From: Desulfuromonas sp.
GTDB lineage: Bacteria; Desulfobacterota; Desulfuromonadia; Desulfuromonadales; Geothermobacteraceae
Length of the DNA stretch: 64,000 nt
Reading direction: 5' to 3'
NCBI GenBank assembly: GCA_002868905.1
Contig: PKUA01000012.1
Location: 1,863-65,862, forward strand
A program made the translations under genes and the position numbers. Shown in pieces: positions 38,928 through 47,252 of this stretch; the first letter of the stretch is position 1; the number at the start of each line of letters is the position of its first letter. The notes beneath the pieces are model-generated. The model searched no databases. It had not been told where the DNA came from and worked only from the letters and a program-made list of their open reading frames with translations.

Positions 38928-39810
38928 TGATCCGTCCGTTCAGGAACTCTTCGACCGATCCCGGTTCCACCCTTGGGAAAATACTCGCTGGCAGGCGTGA
39001 ATAGGGGCTGGCATTCACAACCTTCACGCCGAGGGTTCGACATGCATCGGCACCCCAGGCAAAATGCGGCTCGATAAACTGTTCGTAATCCTGGTCGATC
39101 ATTGATTTCTCCGGACTTTCCTCCTCGTAAAAGCGGCGTGATCCACCCAGGTCGAGACCATAGTAGACAATCTGGTCGTACCCCAGGGCAATAGATACCT
39201 GGAGGGCAAGGTAGGCCACGGTTTTCACCCCCGCGAATCCATGATCGGGGTTAATGGAGAATTCCTGCAGGCCATTGAAAAACAGACCTTGCTCGGGAAC
39301 GTGGCCCGGAGTCGGCAGGGGCTTGTTAAAAGGGCGTTTCACCTGATCGAAAAGGACAACTTTTTTGTCGCCCAGAATATCGGGGTCCGTTTCAAGAACT
39401 TCCTTCAGCACCCGATGATCGACCAGAAGGGATCTGGCTTTTTTAACGCCTTCGACAAAATTCTTCCACTGACGTCTTACGAAACCGACATCGGCCACCA
39501 GATAGTAGGAAAAAACCTCGTCAGTTCCTCGATAGATTGAATGGGAGCCGTTCACGACCATTGACGGGCGATTCCGAAAAAACGACTCTCCTTTTATGTC
39601 AGCGACTGAAGGACCGGAACAGATGATGCTGATGGCGCCTGACTCCCCTCTCACCAGGCGTTCGGCACGGCAAGATACCTTGCCCGAACTCACGCGGTAT
39701 CCACTCCCGTCTTCAGTGACACGGTAGCTCGGACCGTAATAGCGCCAATGCCAATACTGCCTGCCACGAAACAGGAGATAACCACGATATAAAATTTCCG
39801 CTAAATCCAT
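38914..39810 (-). CDS. Putative glycosyltransferase of unclear family (DUF115/MptE-like or Kdo/sialyl-transferase-like)
   Basis: 298 aa and soluble. IICSGPSV resembles the GNGPS nucleotide-sugar loop of CMP-sugar transferases and DUF115 proteins. Sits in an LPS-core context. The assignment comes from memory of motifs only. Confidence 0.35.
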   Translation of the reverse strand: MDLAEILYRGYLLFRGRQYWHWRYYGPSYRVTEDGSGYRVSSGKVSCRAERLVRGESGAISIICSGPSVADIKGESFFRNRPSMVVNGSHSIYRGTDEVFSYYLVADVGFVRRQWKNFVEGVKKARSLLVDHRVLKEVLETDPDILGDKKVVLFDQVKRPFNKPLPTPGHVPEQGLFFNGLQEFSINPDHGFAGVKTVAYLALQVSIALGYDQIVYYGLDLGGSRRFYEEESPEKSMIDQDYEQFIEPHFAWGADACRTLGVKVVNASPYSRLPASIFPRVEPGSVEEFLNGRIIARD

Positions 39811-39834
39811 TGCACCTGCCTGAACCTACACTTG

Positions 39835-40557
39835 CTACAGGTTGTCCGTGTTGCCCAGAAGGAGGTCATCCAACGAGTCGGGGACATTCCTGGCCTGATG
39901 GGCCTCGGCCAAAATCTGCTCAAGGCGTCTAACTTCAGCCTCTGCATTGGCCGGCTTAACCCCCACCACCGAACAGAGATCAATGACGTAACCTCTTTCC
40001 TGTTGTCGAAAACAACTCAGGATCTGATCCGGGACGACCCCCGCCGCCTTTATCTGGCTCAAGGTCGCATTCCGCTTGCGCGGCAAATGATAAACATTTT
40101 CGGAGATCAGACCGCAACTCGGCCCAAGCGATTTCCTGTCCCTCACATATTGATCGACAAAGCAGATTCCAAGTGGCTGTGGTCCCAGCCCGGCACGCCA
40201 AAGCCTGCAACTGACCAGCCAGATCTCGGACAGCCTTCGATAAACCGTGGTAGAAAGAGCTCTGCGCCAATCATCCATCTCATAGCGGCCTACCTTCCCC
40301 TGGACATTGAGCAAGGCATCTTCGGTCGGTCGAGACTTGCGCACGCAATCAATTCTGCCGTTATTGCCATAAAAATACTTCTCCTCGCTGGCAGGCAGAT
40401 AGAACATCCATGCGCCCGGATTCGCGACCTGCAATACACCATCGACCGTCGCCTGCCCGGAAGAAGAATTGAGCATGATAGTTGAATGAAAAACCGTGCG
40501 CAACGGTTCACGTTTTTCCGACATATATCGCTTGCTAAAACGGGTGAGAAATTTCAT
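39835..40557 (-). CDS. Hypothetical protein, possibly a degenerate kinase-fold paralogue of the adjacent LPS kinase
   Basis: 240 aa with no TM segments. The only similarity I can see is ...AGVVPDQILSCFRQQERGYVIDL versus KGFSHGDVNFYNFLLCQGEIFIIDL in the neighbouring gene. Confidence 0.3.
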   Translation of the reverse strand: MKFLTRFSKRYMSEKREPLRTVFHSTIMLNSSSGQATVDGVLQVANPGAWMFYLPASEEKYFYGNNGRIDCVRKSRPTEDALLNVQGKVGRYEMDDWRRALSTTVYRRLSEIWLVSCRLWRAGLGPQPLGICFVDQYVRDRKSLGPSCGLISENVYHLPRKRNATLSQIKAAGVVPDQILSCFRQQERGYVIDLCSVVGVKPANAEAEVRRLEQILAEAHQARNVPDSLDDLLLGNTDNL

Positions 40558-40592
40558 GGCAATCCAAAATCACATTACGATCCGTCCTGTCC

Positions 40593-41342
40593 TCAATCAG
40601 GCCGGACCCAGCGTGTCCCCTCAAAGTCGGTCGCTTTTTCCTTCGCCCGACCGAGTAGGTACTCGGCTTTTTCACCGAGGTTGCAACCGGCGGCCGCTTC
40701 ATAGGAACTTAACAATTCACGCTGACGATCCAACCCGACACCAAGGAGGTTTGTTTTGGCGAAAAAAGTGATCAGGTCACGTGTTCGGCGCTTACCATTA
40801 AGCCGTTTTACCCTGGCAAGATCGATGATAAAAATTTCGCCCTGACACAGCAGAAAATTGTAAAAATTGACATCCCCGTGGGAGAACCCTTTTTTATGTA
40901 TTACACCAAGCAGGCATGTCAGTTTCTTCAACAACCCGAAATCATCCGTACGTTCAAGATATTCCTGTGCCGTCTCTCCCTGGAGCTTTTCCACCGCGAC
41001 AATACCACGTTCCCCCGTCCCTTGACCTTCGACTCCATAGAAAAGAAGTTTCGGTGTCAACAACCCACATCCGGCGAATCGCTGATAGGCCTTTCCTTCG
41101 GTGAGCGCCTCGTTCCGTTTTGCAAACAACCTGCGAAAGAATTTCTTTTCGACATTCCGCTGGTAAATTTTGACGAAGGCAGCGTTCTCCGGGACAGATT
41201 CCGGGAGTGGCAGGTAAGCCATTTGTCGATATCCAATCATTGGGATATTGAGCATCTCCGTCAAAGACCTCCTCACCCAACCAGCGATTTCCGCATCTCG
41301 AGCCCTTACCTGGAATGAGCCTATTCGAACAGCTTCATACAT
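40593..41342 (-). CDS. Lipopolysaccharide kinase family protein (Kdo/WaaP/InaA-type, protein-kinase fold)
   Basis: 249 aa. Contains FVKIY (VAIK-Lys equivalent), a catalytic loop GFSHGDVNFYNFLL, and the metal-binding IFIIDLAR. Confidence 0.7.
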   Translation of the reverse strand: MYEAVRIGSFQVRARDAEIAGWVRRSLTEMLNIPMIGYRQMAYLPLPESVPENAAFVKIYQRNVEKKFFRRLFAKRNEALTEGKAYQRFAGCGLLTPKLLFYGVEGQGTGERGIVAVEKLQGETAQEYLERTDDFGLLKKLTCLLGVIHKKGFSHGDVNFYNFLLCQGEIFIIDLARVKRLNGKRRTRDLITFFAKTNLLGVGLDRQRELLSSYEAAAGCNLGEKAEYLLGRAKEKATDFEGTRWVRPD

Positions 41343-41344
41343 GG

Positions 41345-42397
41345 TCAGGCCACAAGGTTCCGAATCGAGGCAAACATATTATTTGCAGAACTTTGTGAGT
41401 TTTCAATCAACGCCTCAACACCCTCAAGTTCACCAACAGTCCACGACAGATTCGCCGAAATCTGTTCAGTGACATCTTCGACGCTGTCGACCAAGCGTCT
41501 TTGCAAACCAGCCTCTGCGAGCAAGGCCTCCACTTTAAAAGTATTGGATGCAACCGCCAGAAACGGCGTCCGCAACAGCATGGCAAGGCAAATCCCGTGA
41601 AAACGCCCCGTGACGAAAAGTTCACACCGCGCCAGGGCCTGCAGAAAATCCTCCATGCCGCACCCCTTGAACATCACCGCTTTAAAGGGGACGTATCCGG
41701 GGTTTCCGCTGCCGACGACCCCACCCAGAGCCTTGAACAACTCTTTCTTGAGCCGATAATCGCATGTCGCCCAGATATTGCGCAATCGGTCACTCGGTTT
41801 TCGTCGCCGGAGCCGGGGTCGCAAGGTTTCCATGGGAAGGAAGGTCGACCCTGGCAAACTGGCTGCGAAATCGAACAAGCGCCTCGCCTCGTTCTTGTTG
41901 ACGTGATCCGTAAACAAGATCCCGGACCGTTTGTCAGCGCCCAACATCCCGGGATCCGATGACAGAACCAGGTCCGGCACCACCTCGGCGTCAACGATCC
42001 CCTCAAGTTCCTTCAGGCTTAACGGGTCCCTTACGAACACACGATCAAAATTGCGAACATGGTCAACAAATTCGGGACCATTCTGCTGGTAGAGCGCGTT
42101 GATGAGGACCGCCGGAATGCCGCGGGACCGGCAGAAGCTCGCAACCCGGACCAGTGTCAGTCCATTCGGCGCATCATGATGAATGGTACCCTCTCCGTTA
42201 ACCAGGCAGAGATCGAAACCGTCAATCCGTTTGCACAATTGACTGTAAGGAGTCCCCATGGCACATGTGGCCACGATCTCTATGCCGTTCCTGGCGGCGA
42301 GGCGGCGAATCTGATCAACCACGATCCGGCACCCGAAATGTCCGCTTAAGGAGGTGTCATTGACCAGGATCGCCCGGATGAGGCGCGGCGACGTCAT
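41345..42397 (-). CDS. Polysaccharide pyruvyl transferase family protein
   Basis: 350 aa. Contains LVNGEGTIHH, FVRDPLSLKEL and VTGRFHGICLAMLLRTPFLAVASN, matching the PS_pyruv_trans (CsaB/WcaK-like) pattern. Confidence 0.7.
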   Translation of the reverse strand: MTSPRLIRAILVNDTSLSGHFGCRIVVDQIRRLAARNGIEIVATCAMGTPYSQLCKRIDGFDLCLVNGEGTIHHDAPNGLTLVRVASFCRSRGIPAVLINALYQQNGPEFVDHVRNFDRVFVRDPLSLKELEGIVDAEVVPDLVLSSDPGMLGADKRSGILFTDHVNKNEARRLFDFAASLPGSTFLPMETLRPRLRRRKPSDRLRNIWATCDYRLKKELFKALGGVVGSGNPGYVPFKAVMFKGCGMEDFLQALARCELFVTGRFHGICLAMLLRTPFLAVASNTFKVEALLAEAGLQRRLVDSVEDVTEQISANLSWTVGELEGVEALIENSQSSANNMFASIRNLVA

Positions 42398-43494
42398 CTT
42401 CCCTCTCTCCCCGATAACGCAAGCAGTTTTTCATACACGGCAACATTCCCCTCTACCATCTGATCGACACCAAATTCTTCGGCAACCAGGCGCCGCCCAC
42501 CTTCACCGAGGGTTTTCAGCTTTAGGGAATCCGCAAGCAAAAGATTGATGGCCGCTTCCAGGCAAGCAGTGTCGGCCGGTTCGACCAGAACCCCGTTGAC
42601 CCCGTCACGCACAACTTCAGGGATTCCTCCTGCGGCAGAAGCAATAATGGGGACACCTGCTGCTGCAGCCTGCACCAGTGAAACACCAAGCCCCTCCATC
42701 AAGGCTGGATGAACAACCAGGTCGAGACAAGGGAGAAGGCGTTCAAGGTCGGTCCTGAACCCTGCAAAGACAACGATTTCTTCAAGTGCCAACTCCTTGA
42801 CCAATCTTTCCAGGTCGGCCCTGCTCCCTCCCTTTCCCAAAAACAGGACTTTCAGATCGGGATGGTTGACCAGAACCTTCGGCAAAGCTTGCAACAGATA
42901 ACGATGCCCTTTACGTGGAATCAACTGGGCGATGACAGCGATGGTCCTGTCTTGCGGCGAGAAGTCGAACTCCTTCCGGAACCAGTCCATGTCCCCCTCA
43001 TGCTGATAAGGGGTCGCATCGATAGCGCTGCGCACGCAGCATAGGCTTTCAGGAGGAACCCCCTCCCGGAGAAGGACATGCCTGATCCCTTCCGATATGG
43101 TCACCACCTTGGAAAAACGAGAATATTTCCAGCGCGCCCACCAACCAGGCTCCGGGTTGTCGACCCGGCGCGTTACAATAGCAGGCACCCGGCATTGGGA
43201 CGCAACCAGCCCTCCCCAGAAATCAGCGCCGCGGCGGCTATGGACATGCAGGATATCCGGTTTCACCGACCTGATCAGCCGACGGAGTGCAATGGGGAAT
43301 CTCAGGTCAAGATCCCCTCCGGCCGTCACCTCATGAACGACAGCATTCCTGTGACAACAGTCGGCGATCTCGCTGCCGTCGGTGCAGACCAGGTGGTTTT
43401 CGACCCCTCGTTCACGTAAGCCTTGAAGCAAGTAGGCCACCTGCAAAGCGCCGCCGTAAAGCTGCCGACCGAGTTCAACGTGCATCACCTTCAT
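42394..43494 (-). CDS. Glycosyltransferase family 4
   Basis: 366 aa. Contains MKVMHVELGRQLYGGALQV and HPALMEGLGVSLVQAAAAGVPIIASAAGGIPEVV. Confidence 0.85.
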   Translation of the reverse strand: MKVMHVELGRQLYGGALQVAYLLQGLRERGVENHLVCTDGSEIADCCHRNAVVHEVTAGGDLDLRFPIALRRLIRSVKPDILHVHSRRGADFWGGLVASQCRVPAIVTRRVDNPEPGWWARWKYSRFSKVVTISEGIRHVLLREGVPPESLCCVRSAIDATPYQHEGDMDWFRKEFDFSPQDRTIAVIAQLIPRKGHRYLLQALPKVLVNHPDLKVLFLGKGGSRADLERLVKELALEEIVVFAGFRTDLERLLPCLDLVVHPALMEGLGVSLVQAAAAGVPIIASAAGGIPEVVRDGVNGVLVEPADTACLEAAINLLLADSLKLKTLGEGGRRLVAEEFGVDQMVEGNVAVYEKLLALSGREGR

Positions 43495-44543
43495 GCCGGC
43501 ACAGCCCCCATGGCCTTATGTGCGGCCTCGAGAACCTCTTCTACGGTGAGCGAACGCATGCAGTCGAATCGTCCATCGCAGGTCGGATTCCTCCGGCATG
43601 GAGAGCAGTCGAATGGATGATAAAGGATTTCGGTTGTTAATCGCCCTGTCCGCAGGTAGGGGCATGTCGAACCGAACAGTCCGACCGTTGGCCGTGCAAA
43701 GGCTGTCCCGAGGTGGGTCAACCCGGTATCGACACCGACAACAAGTTCGGCATCTGCGACTACGGCCATGCTTTGGGCGAGCGACGTCTCACCGGCCAGA
43801 TTAAATAGTCTATCCTGACGACCTATCAACCTCTCGCCTGCCTCCTGATCACCTGAGCCACCAAGGACGTAACACGGCTGTCCCGCTGCCTCGAATCGAG
43901 CGATCAGCTCAATCCAGCGTTCTTCGAACCAATGTTTCTGCGGGCGTGTGGTAAACGGCGCAAGGACGGCATACCCCTTGTCGCCGACATCCTGATTCCG
44001 CCTATCCCGCCACCAGTGACGCGCAGCCTGGCCAGGCTCGAGTTCGAATCGACACATAGCGGGATCAATGCCCAATGTTTCTGCCATAAACAGATATTCC
44101 GAGCCGATGACGGTATTATCACCGCCCTTGCTGACGACTTCATGCATCAGCCACTCTCCGGGCTCCTTCGATACGAAACCGATGCGCCTTTCCGCACCGC
44201 TCAGGGCAGCCAACAGGCGACTTCGCATTAAACCCTGCAGATCGAGACAGAGGTCGAATTGTTCGTGGCGTAAATCCCTGCGCAAGGAAAAGATTTGACC
44301 CGCCAAGGAGAGCAGGTGGCCGCGTCGCAGTAACCCGGACCATTCCTTCTTCGACCAGGGGATCACCCGGTCAAGAGCAGGATGATGCTGAATCAGGTCG
44401 GCAAGCCCCGGGTCAATCAGCCAGTGAAGCCTTGCGTCCGGCAACACCTGCTTCAATCCCGACAAAACTGGACTCGCCATGATCACATCGCCCATTGCGC
44501 TTGGGCGGACAATCAGGACATTTCTAACCGAAAGCAGGTTCAT
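43491..44543 (-). CDS. Glycosyltransferase family 9 (LPS heptosyltransferase, WaaC/WaaF-like)
   Basis: 350 aa. Contains VLIVRPSAMGDVIMASPVL, plus GSGDQEA...LAGETSL and VGVDTGLTHLGTAF. Confidence 0.85.
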   Translation of the reverse strand: MNLLSVRNVLIVRPSAMGDVIMASPVLSGLKQVLPDARLHWLIDPGLADLIQHHPALDRVIPWSKKEWSGLLRRGHLLSLAGQIFSLRRDLRHEQFDLCLDLQGLMRSRLLAALSGAERRIGFVSKEPGEWLMHEVVSKGGDNTVIGSEYLFMAETLGIDPAMCRFELEPGQAARHWWRDRRNQDVGDKGYAVLAPFTTRPQKHWFEERWIELIARFEAAGQPCYVLGGSGDQEAGERLIGRQDRLFNLAGETSLAQSMAVVADAELVVGVDTGLTHLGTAFARPTVGLFGSTCPYLRTGRLTTEILYHPFDCSPCRRNPTCDGRFDCMRSLTVEEVLEAAHKAMGAVPA

Positions 44544-44716
44544 GAATCAACCAACCCTGTTCCCGCGCTGAAACTACCTCGGTTATCGCCAGACATGGAC
44601 ACAAAAATCCCTCCCGGGACACTCTCGGTGAGACCGGGGAAAAACAGATCCGCCTTGAACAATGCGATGACAGCAAAACACATAAAGAACAGGAACCAAG
44701 CCAAGGCGAAGGATCG

Positions 44717-44896
44717 TCAACCTTGTTGCGAAAGTTTTCTGGCCTCGTCGATCAGCATCACGGGGATATCGTCCCGGATCGGAAAAGCGAGTCCACACTG
44801 CTTGCAGACCAACTCCTGGTTGTCGAGGTCCGGTTCAATCGGCTGTTTGCATTGTGGACAAGCAAGAATATCAAGTAGCTCTTTGGATATATTCAT
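44717..44896 (-). CDS. ycaR: Trm112/YcaR-family (UPF0434) zinc-ribbon protein
   Basis: 59 aa. Contains LLDILACPQCKQP...LVCKQCGLAFPIRDDIPVMLIDEAR. Start at ATG 44896, forming an ATGA overlap with the lpxK stop. Confidence 0.85.
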   Translation of the reverse strand: MNISKELLDILACPQCKQPIEPDLDNQELVCKQCGLAFPIRDDIPVMLIDEARKLSQQG

Positions 44897-45957
44897 CGAT
44901 TTCGAACCTCCAATTTTTTCACAACCTCGATCAGCTGCTCCCGAAATGAACCGAAATCCAGGGTCATCCCGACGGTCAGGCAGGGAACGGGGAAGCACTT
45001 CGGCTGCAGTTTGACGCCATCTTTTTCCGTGGTCAACAGGTAATCAGCCCTGCCCGCCTCTTCAAAAAGACGGTCAAGCAGGTTTTGAGTATATCGAACG
45101 TGATCCGGGAAGGGTATCCGCGCAGCAAGTTCGATCCCCACACCAACCAATGCCTGAAAGAACTTGTCCGGATTGGCGATACCGGCAAAAGCGACAATGC
45201 GTTTCCCGGACAATTCTTCCAGCGGAATACTTCCCCCTTCCAGGCGAGTGGCCACATTATCGAGCCGATGGCTTGAATGGAACTGCGGACCGGTGAAACC
45301 GGCAACGCAGGAGTCATGGTCAGCGCTCCGAGTGTGAATTAGTATGTCAGCACGCTTAAGGGCCGAAGGGAATTCGCGCAGGTTCCCGGCCGGCAAGGGA
45401 AGCCCGTTACCGAACGGGCGTGCTGCATCAAGGAGAACGATATCCATATCCCGATCGACCTGAAGATGCTGAAAACCATCATCGAGAATCACCACGTCGG
45501 CCTGATGATGTTCTACCGCCTGCTCGACACCTATTCGGCGCTTTCTTGCCACAATAACGACTGCTTCGGGATTCCTCTTGGCGAGGAGAAGCGGTTCGTC
45601 CCCAACGACCTCAACCGGGGAATCTACGGAAACAAGCTGGACACCATGTCCGCCTTCGCCCTTGTAGCCACGGCTGACGACAGCAACCCTCTTCCCTTGT
45701 TCGAGCCAGAAGCGGACCAGGAAATCGACCATCGGGGTTTTGCCTGTGCCACCAACGGTCAGGTTGCCGACCGACACGACTGACGCTCGGCAGCGATACA
45801 CCGACCTTAATCCATTTTGGAACGACAAAACACGAATCCGGTTGACCAGACCATAAATCCAGGCCAAGGGGGCCAACATAAAGAGCAGCAGAACCGTGCC
45901 AACTCGACGCGAATGCCCCTCGACCATTTCCCGGTGAAGATCGAGCAAACAGCTCAT
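44893..45957 (-). CDS. lpxK: Tetraacyldisaccharide 4'-kinase
   Basis: 354 aa. Contains VVSVGNLTVGGTGKTPMV, VVSRGYKG and ILDDGFQH. Confidence 0.93.
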   Translation of the reverse strand: MSCLLDLHREMVEGHSRRVGTVLLLFMLAPLAWIYGLVNRIRVLSFQNGLRSVYRCRASVVSVGNLTVGGTGKTPMVDFLVRFWLEQGKRVAVVSRGYKGEGGHGVQLVSVDSPVEVVGDEPLLLAKRNPEAVVIVARKRRIGVEQAVEHHQADVVILDDGFQHLQVDRDMDIVLLDAARPFGNGLPLPAGNLREFPSALKRADILIHTRSADHDSCVAGFTGPQFHSSHRLDNVATRLEGGSIPLEELSGKRIVAFAGIANPDKFFQALVGVGIELAARIPFPDHVRYTQNLLDRLFEEAGRADYLLTTEKDGVKLQPKCFPVPCLTVGMTLDFGSFREQLIEVVKKLEVRNR

Positions 45958-47252
45958 GGTTCATCCGCAAGAGTTGCCAGGAGCCGATCAAGGGTCTTCC
46001 CGGTTGCGCCAGCATTGCGACGAATGAGAGCAAACCCCTCCTCTCCCATTCTGGCAGCTTCGTCGGGATGTCCCAACAGTCTGGCCACCACCCCCTGCAG
46101 GGTTTGCTCGTCGGGAACCATGCGACCTCCGTCAGCCGCCAGCAACAATTTCGTAATTTCCTTGAAATTGTGGGTATGCGGGCCGAACAAGACCGGCTTC
46201 TTCATCAGCGATGCCTCAAGCAGGTTGTGACCACCGACCGGGACAAGGCTCCCTCCGACAAAAACCAGATCGGACAGATGGTAGAAGCGCAGCATCTCAC
46301 CCAGGGTATCGACAATCAGGACCTCGCCCGGTTGCATCGGTTCCTGTTCAGGGGATATCTGGCTACGAAAACGGCTCGGCACGTCTTCACGGGCGGCACC
46401 TTCGGCCACCTCGGCTGCGCGCTCCGGATGCCGCGGTACCACGATCAACAACAGGGGCATTCCAGTTCCAAGCAAACGACGATATGTCCGAAACAGCATG
46501 TTCTCTTCGCCGCTATGAGTGCTGCCGGCAACCAGGATCTGCGGACCCGCGGCGAGGCGGAGCTCCTCCCGGAGGATGTCTCGTTCCGGGAATCTGGTTG
46601 AAATTTCCATATCGAACTTGACGTTTCCCGTCACCACCACTCGATCCAGACGCGCCCCCATGGTGTGAATCCGGCCAGCATCGAGTTCGCTCTGCATGCA
46701 GCAGACGGCTAAATTTTCGAGCAAAGGTTTCAGGAAGGAGGTAAACCAGAGGTAGCGTGGGAAAGACCGGTCGGAAATCCTGCCGTTGGCAATACCGACC
46801 GGAATTTGACGCGCCTGGGCATGACGTACGAAATTCGGCCAAATTTCCGTTTCAATCAGGATTATAAGGTCCGGCTTGATCTTTCGCAGGACCCGTTTGA
46901 CCACACAGGAAAGGTCAAACGGGAAGAACAACAGCAGATCGACTTCCGGAATTTTTGCAGCGATTTCCCGCCCGGTCTCCGTGACATGGGACAAGACAAC
47001 CGCATAGTCCGGTCGCTCCTTCTTGAGAGACCTGATCAGCGGCATGGCGGCACGCGTCTCTCCAACCGACACGGCATGAATCCATATTACCTTTTTCCCG
47101 GCCAAACGCCGGAGTTGATCTTTCGGGTAGAAACCAAGACGTTCCCGGATACCACGACGGGTCTTGCCGTACTTCACCCCACGCAGGAGGTAATACGGAA
47201 GCAGTCCCAAACCGGCCAACAGGACCAGTATGTCATACAGCAGGTAGACCAC
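45954..47252 (-). CDS. waaA: 3-deoxy-D-manno-octulosonic acid (Kdo) transferase
   Basis: 432 aa. Contains IWIHAVSVGE, plus VPRHPER and FVGGSLVPVGGHNLLE. Confidence 0.93.
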   Translation of the reverse strand: MVYLLYDILVLLAGLGLLPYYLLRGVKYGKTRRGIRERLGFYPKDQLRRLAGKKVIWIHAVSVGETRAAMPLIRSLKKERPDYAVVLSHVTETGREIAAKIPEVDLLLFFPFDLSCVVKRVLRKIKPDLIILIETEIWPNFVRHAQARQIPVGIANGRISDRSFPRYLWFTSFLKPLLENLAVCCMQSELDAGRIHTMGARLDRVVVTGNVKFDMEISTRFPERDILREELRLAAGPQILVAGSTHSGEENMLFRTYRRLLGTGMPLLLIVVPRHPERAAEVAEGAAREDVPSRFRSQISPEQEPMQPGEVLIVDTLGEMLRFYHLSDLVFVGGSLVPVGGHNLLEASLMKKPVLFGPHTHNFKEITKLLLAADGGRMVPDEQTLQGVVARLLGHPDEAARMGEEGFALIRRNAGATGKTLDRLLATLADEP

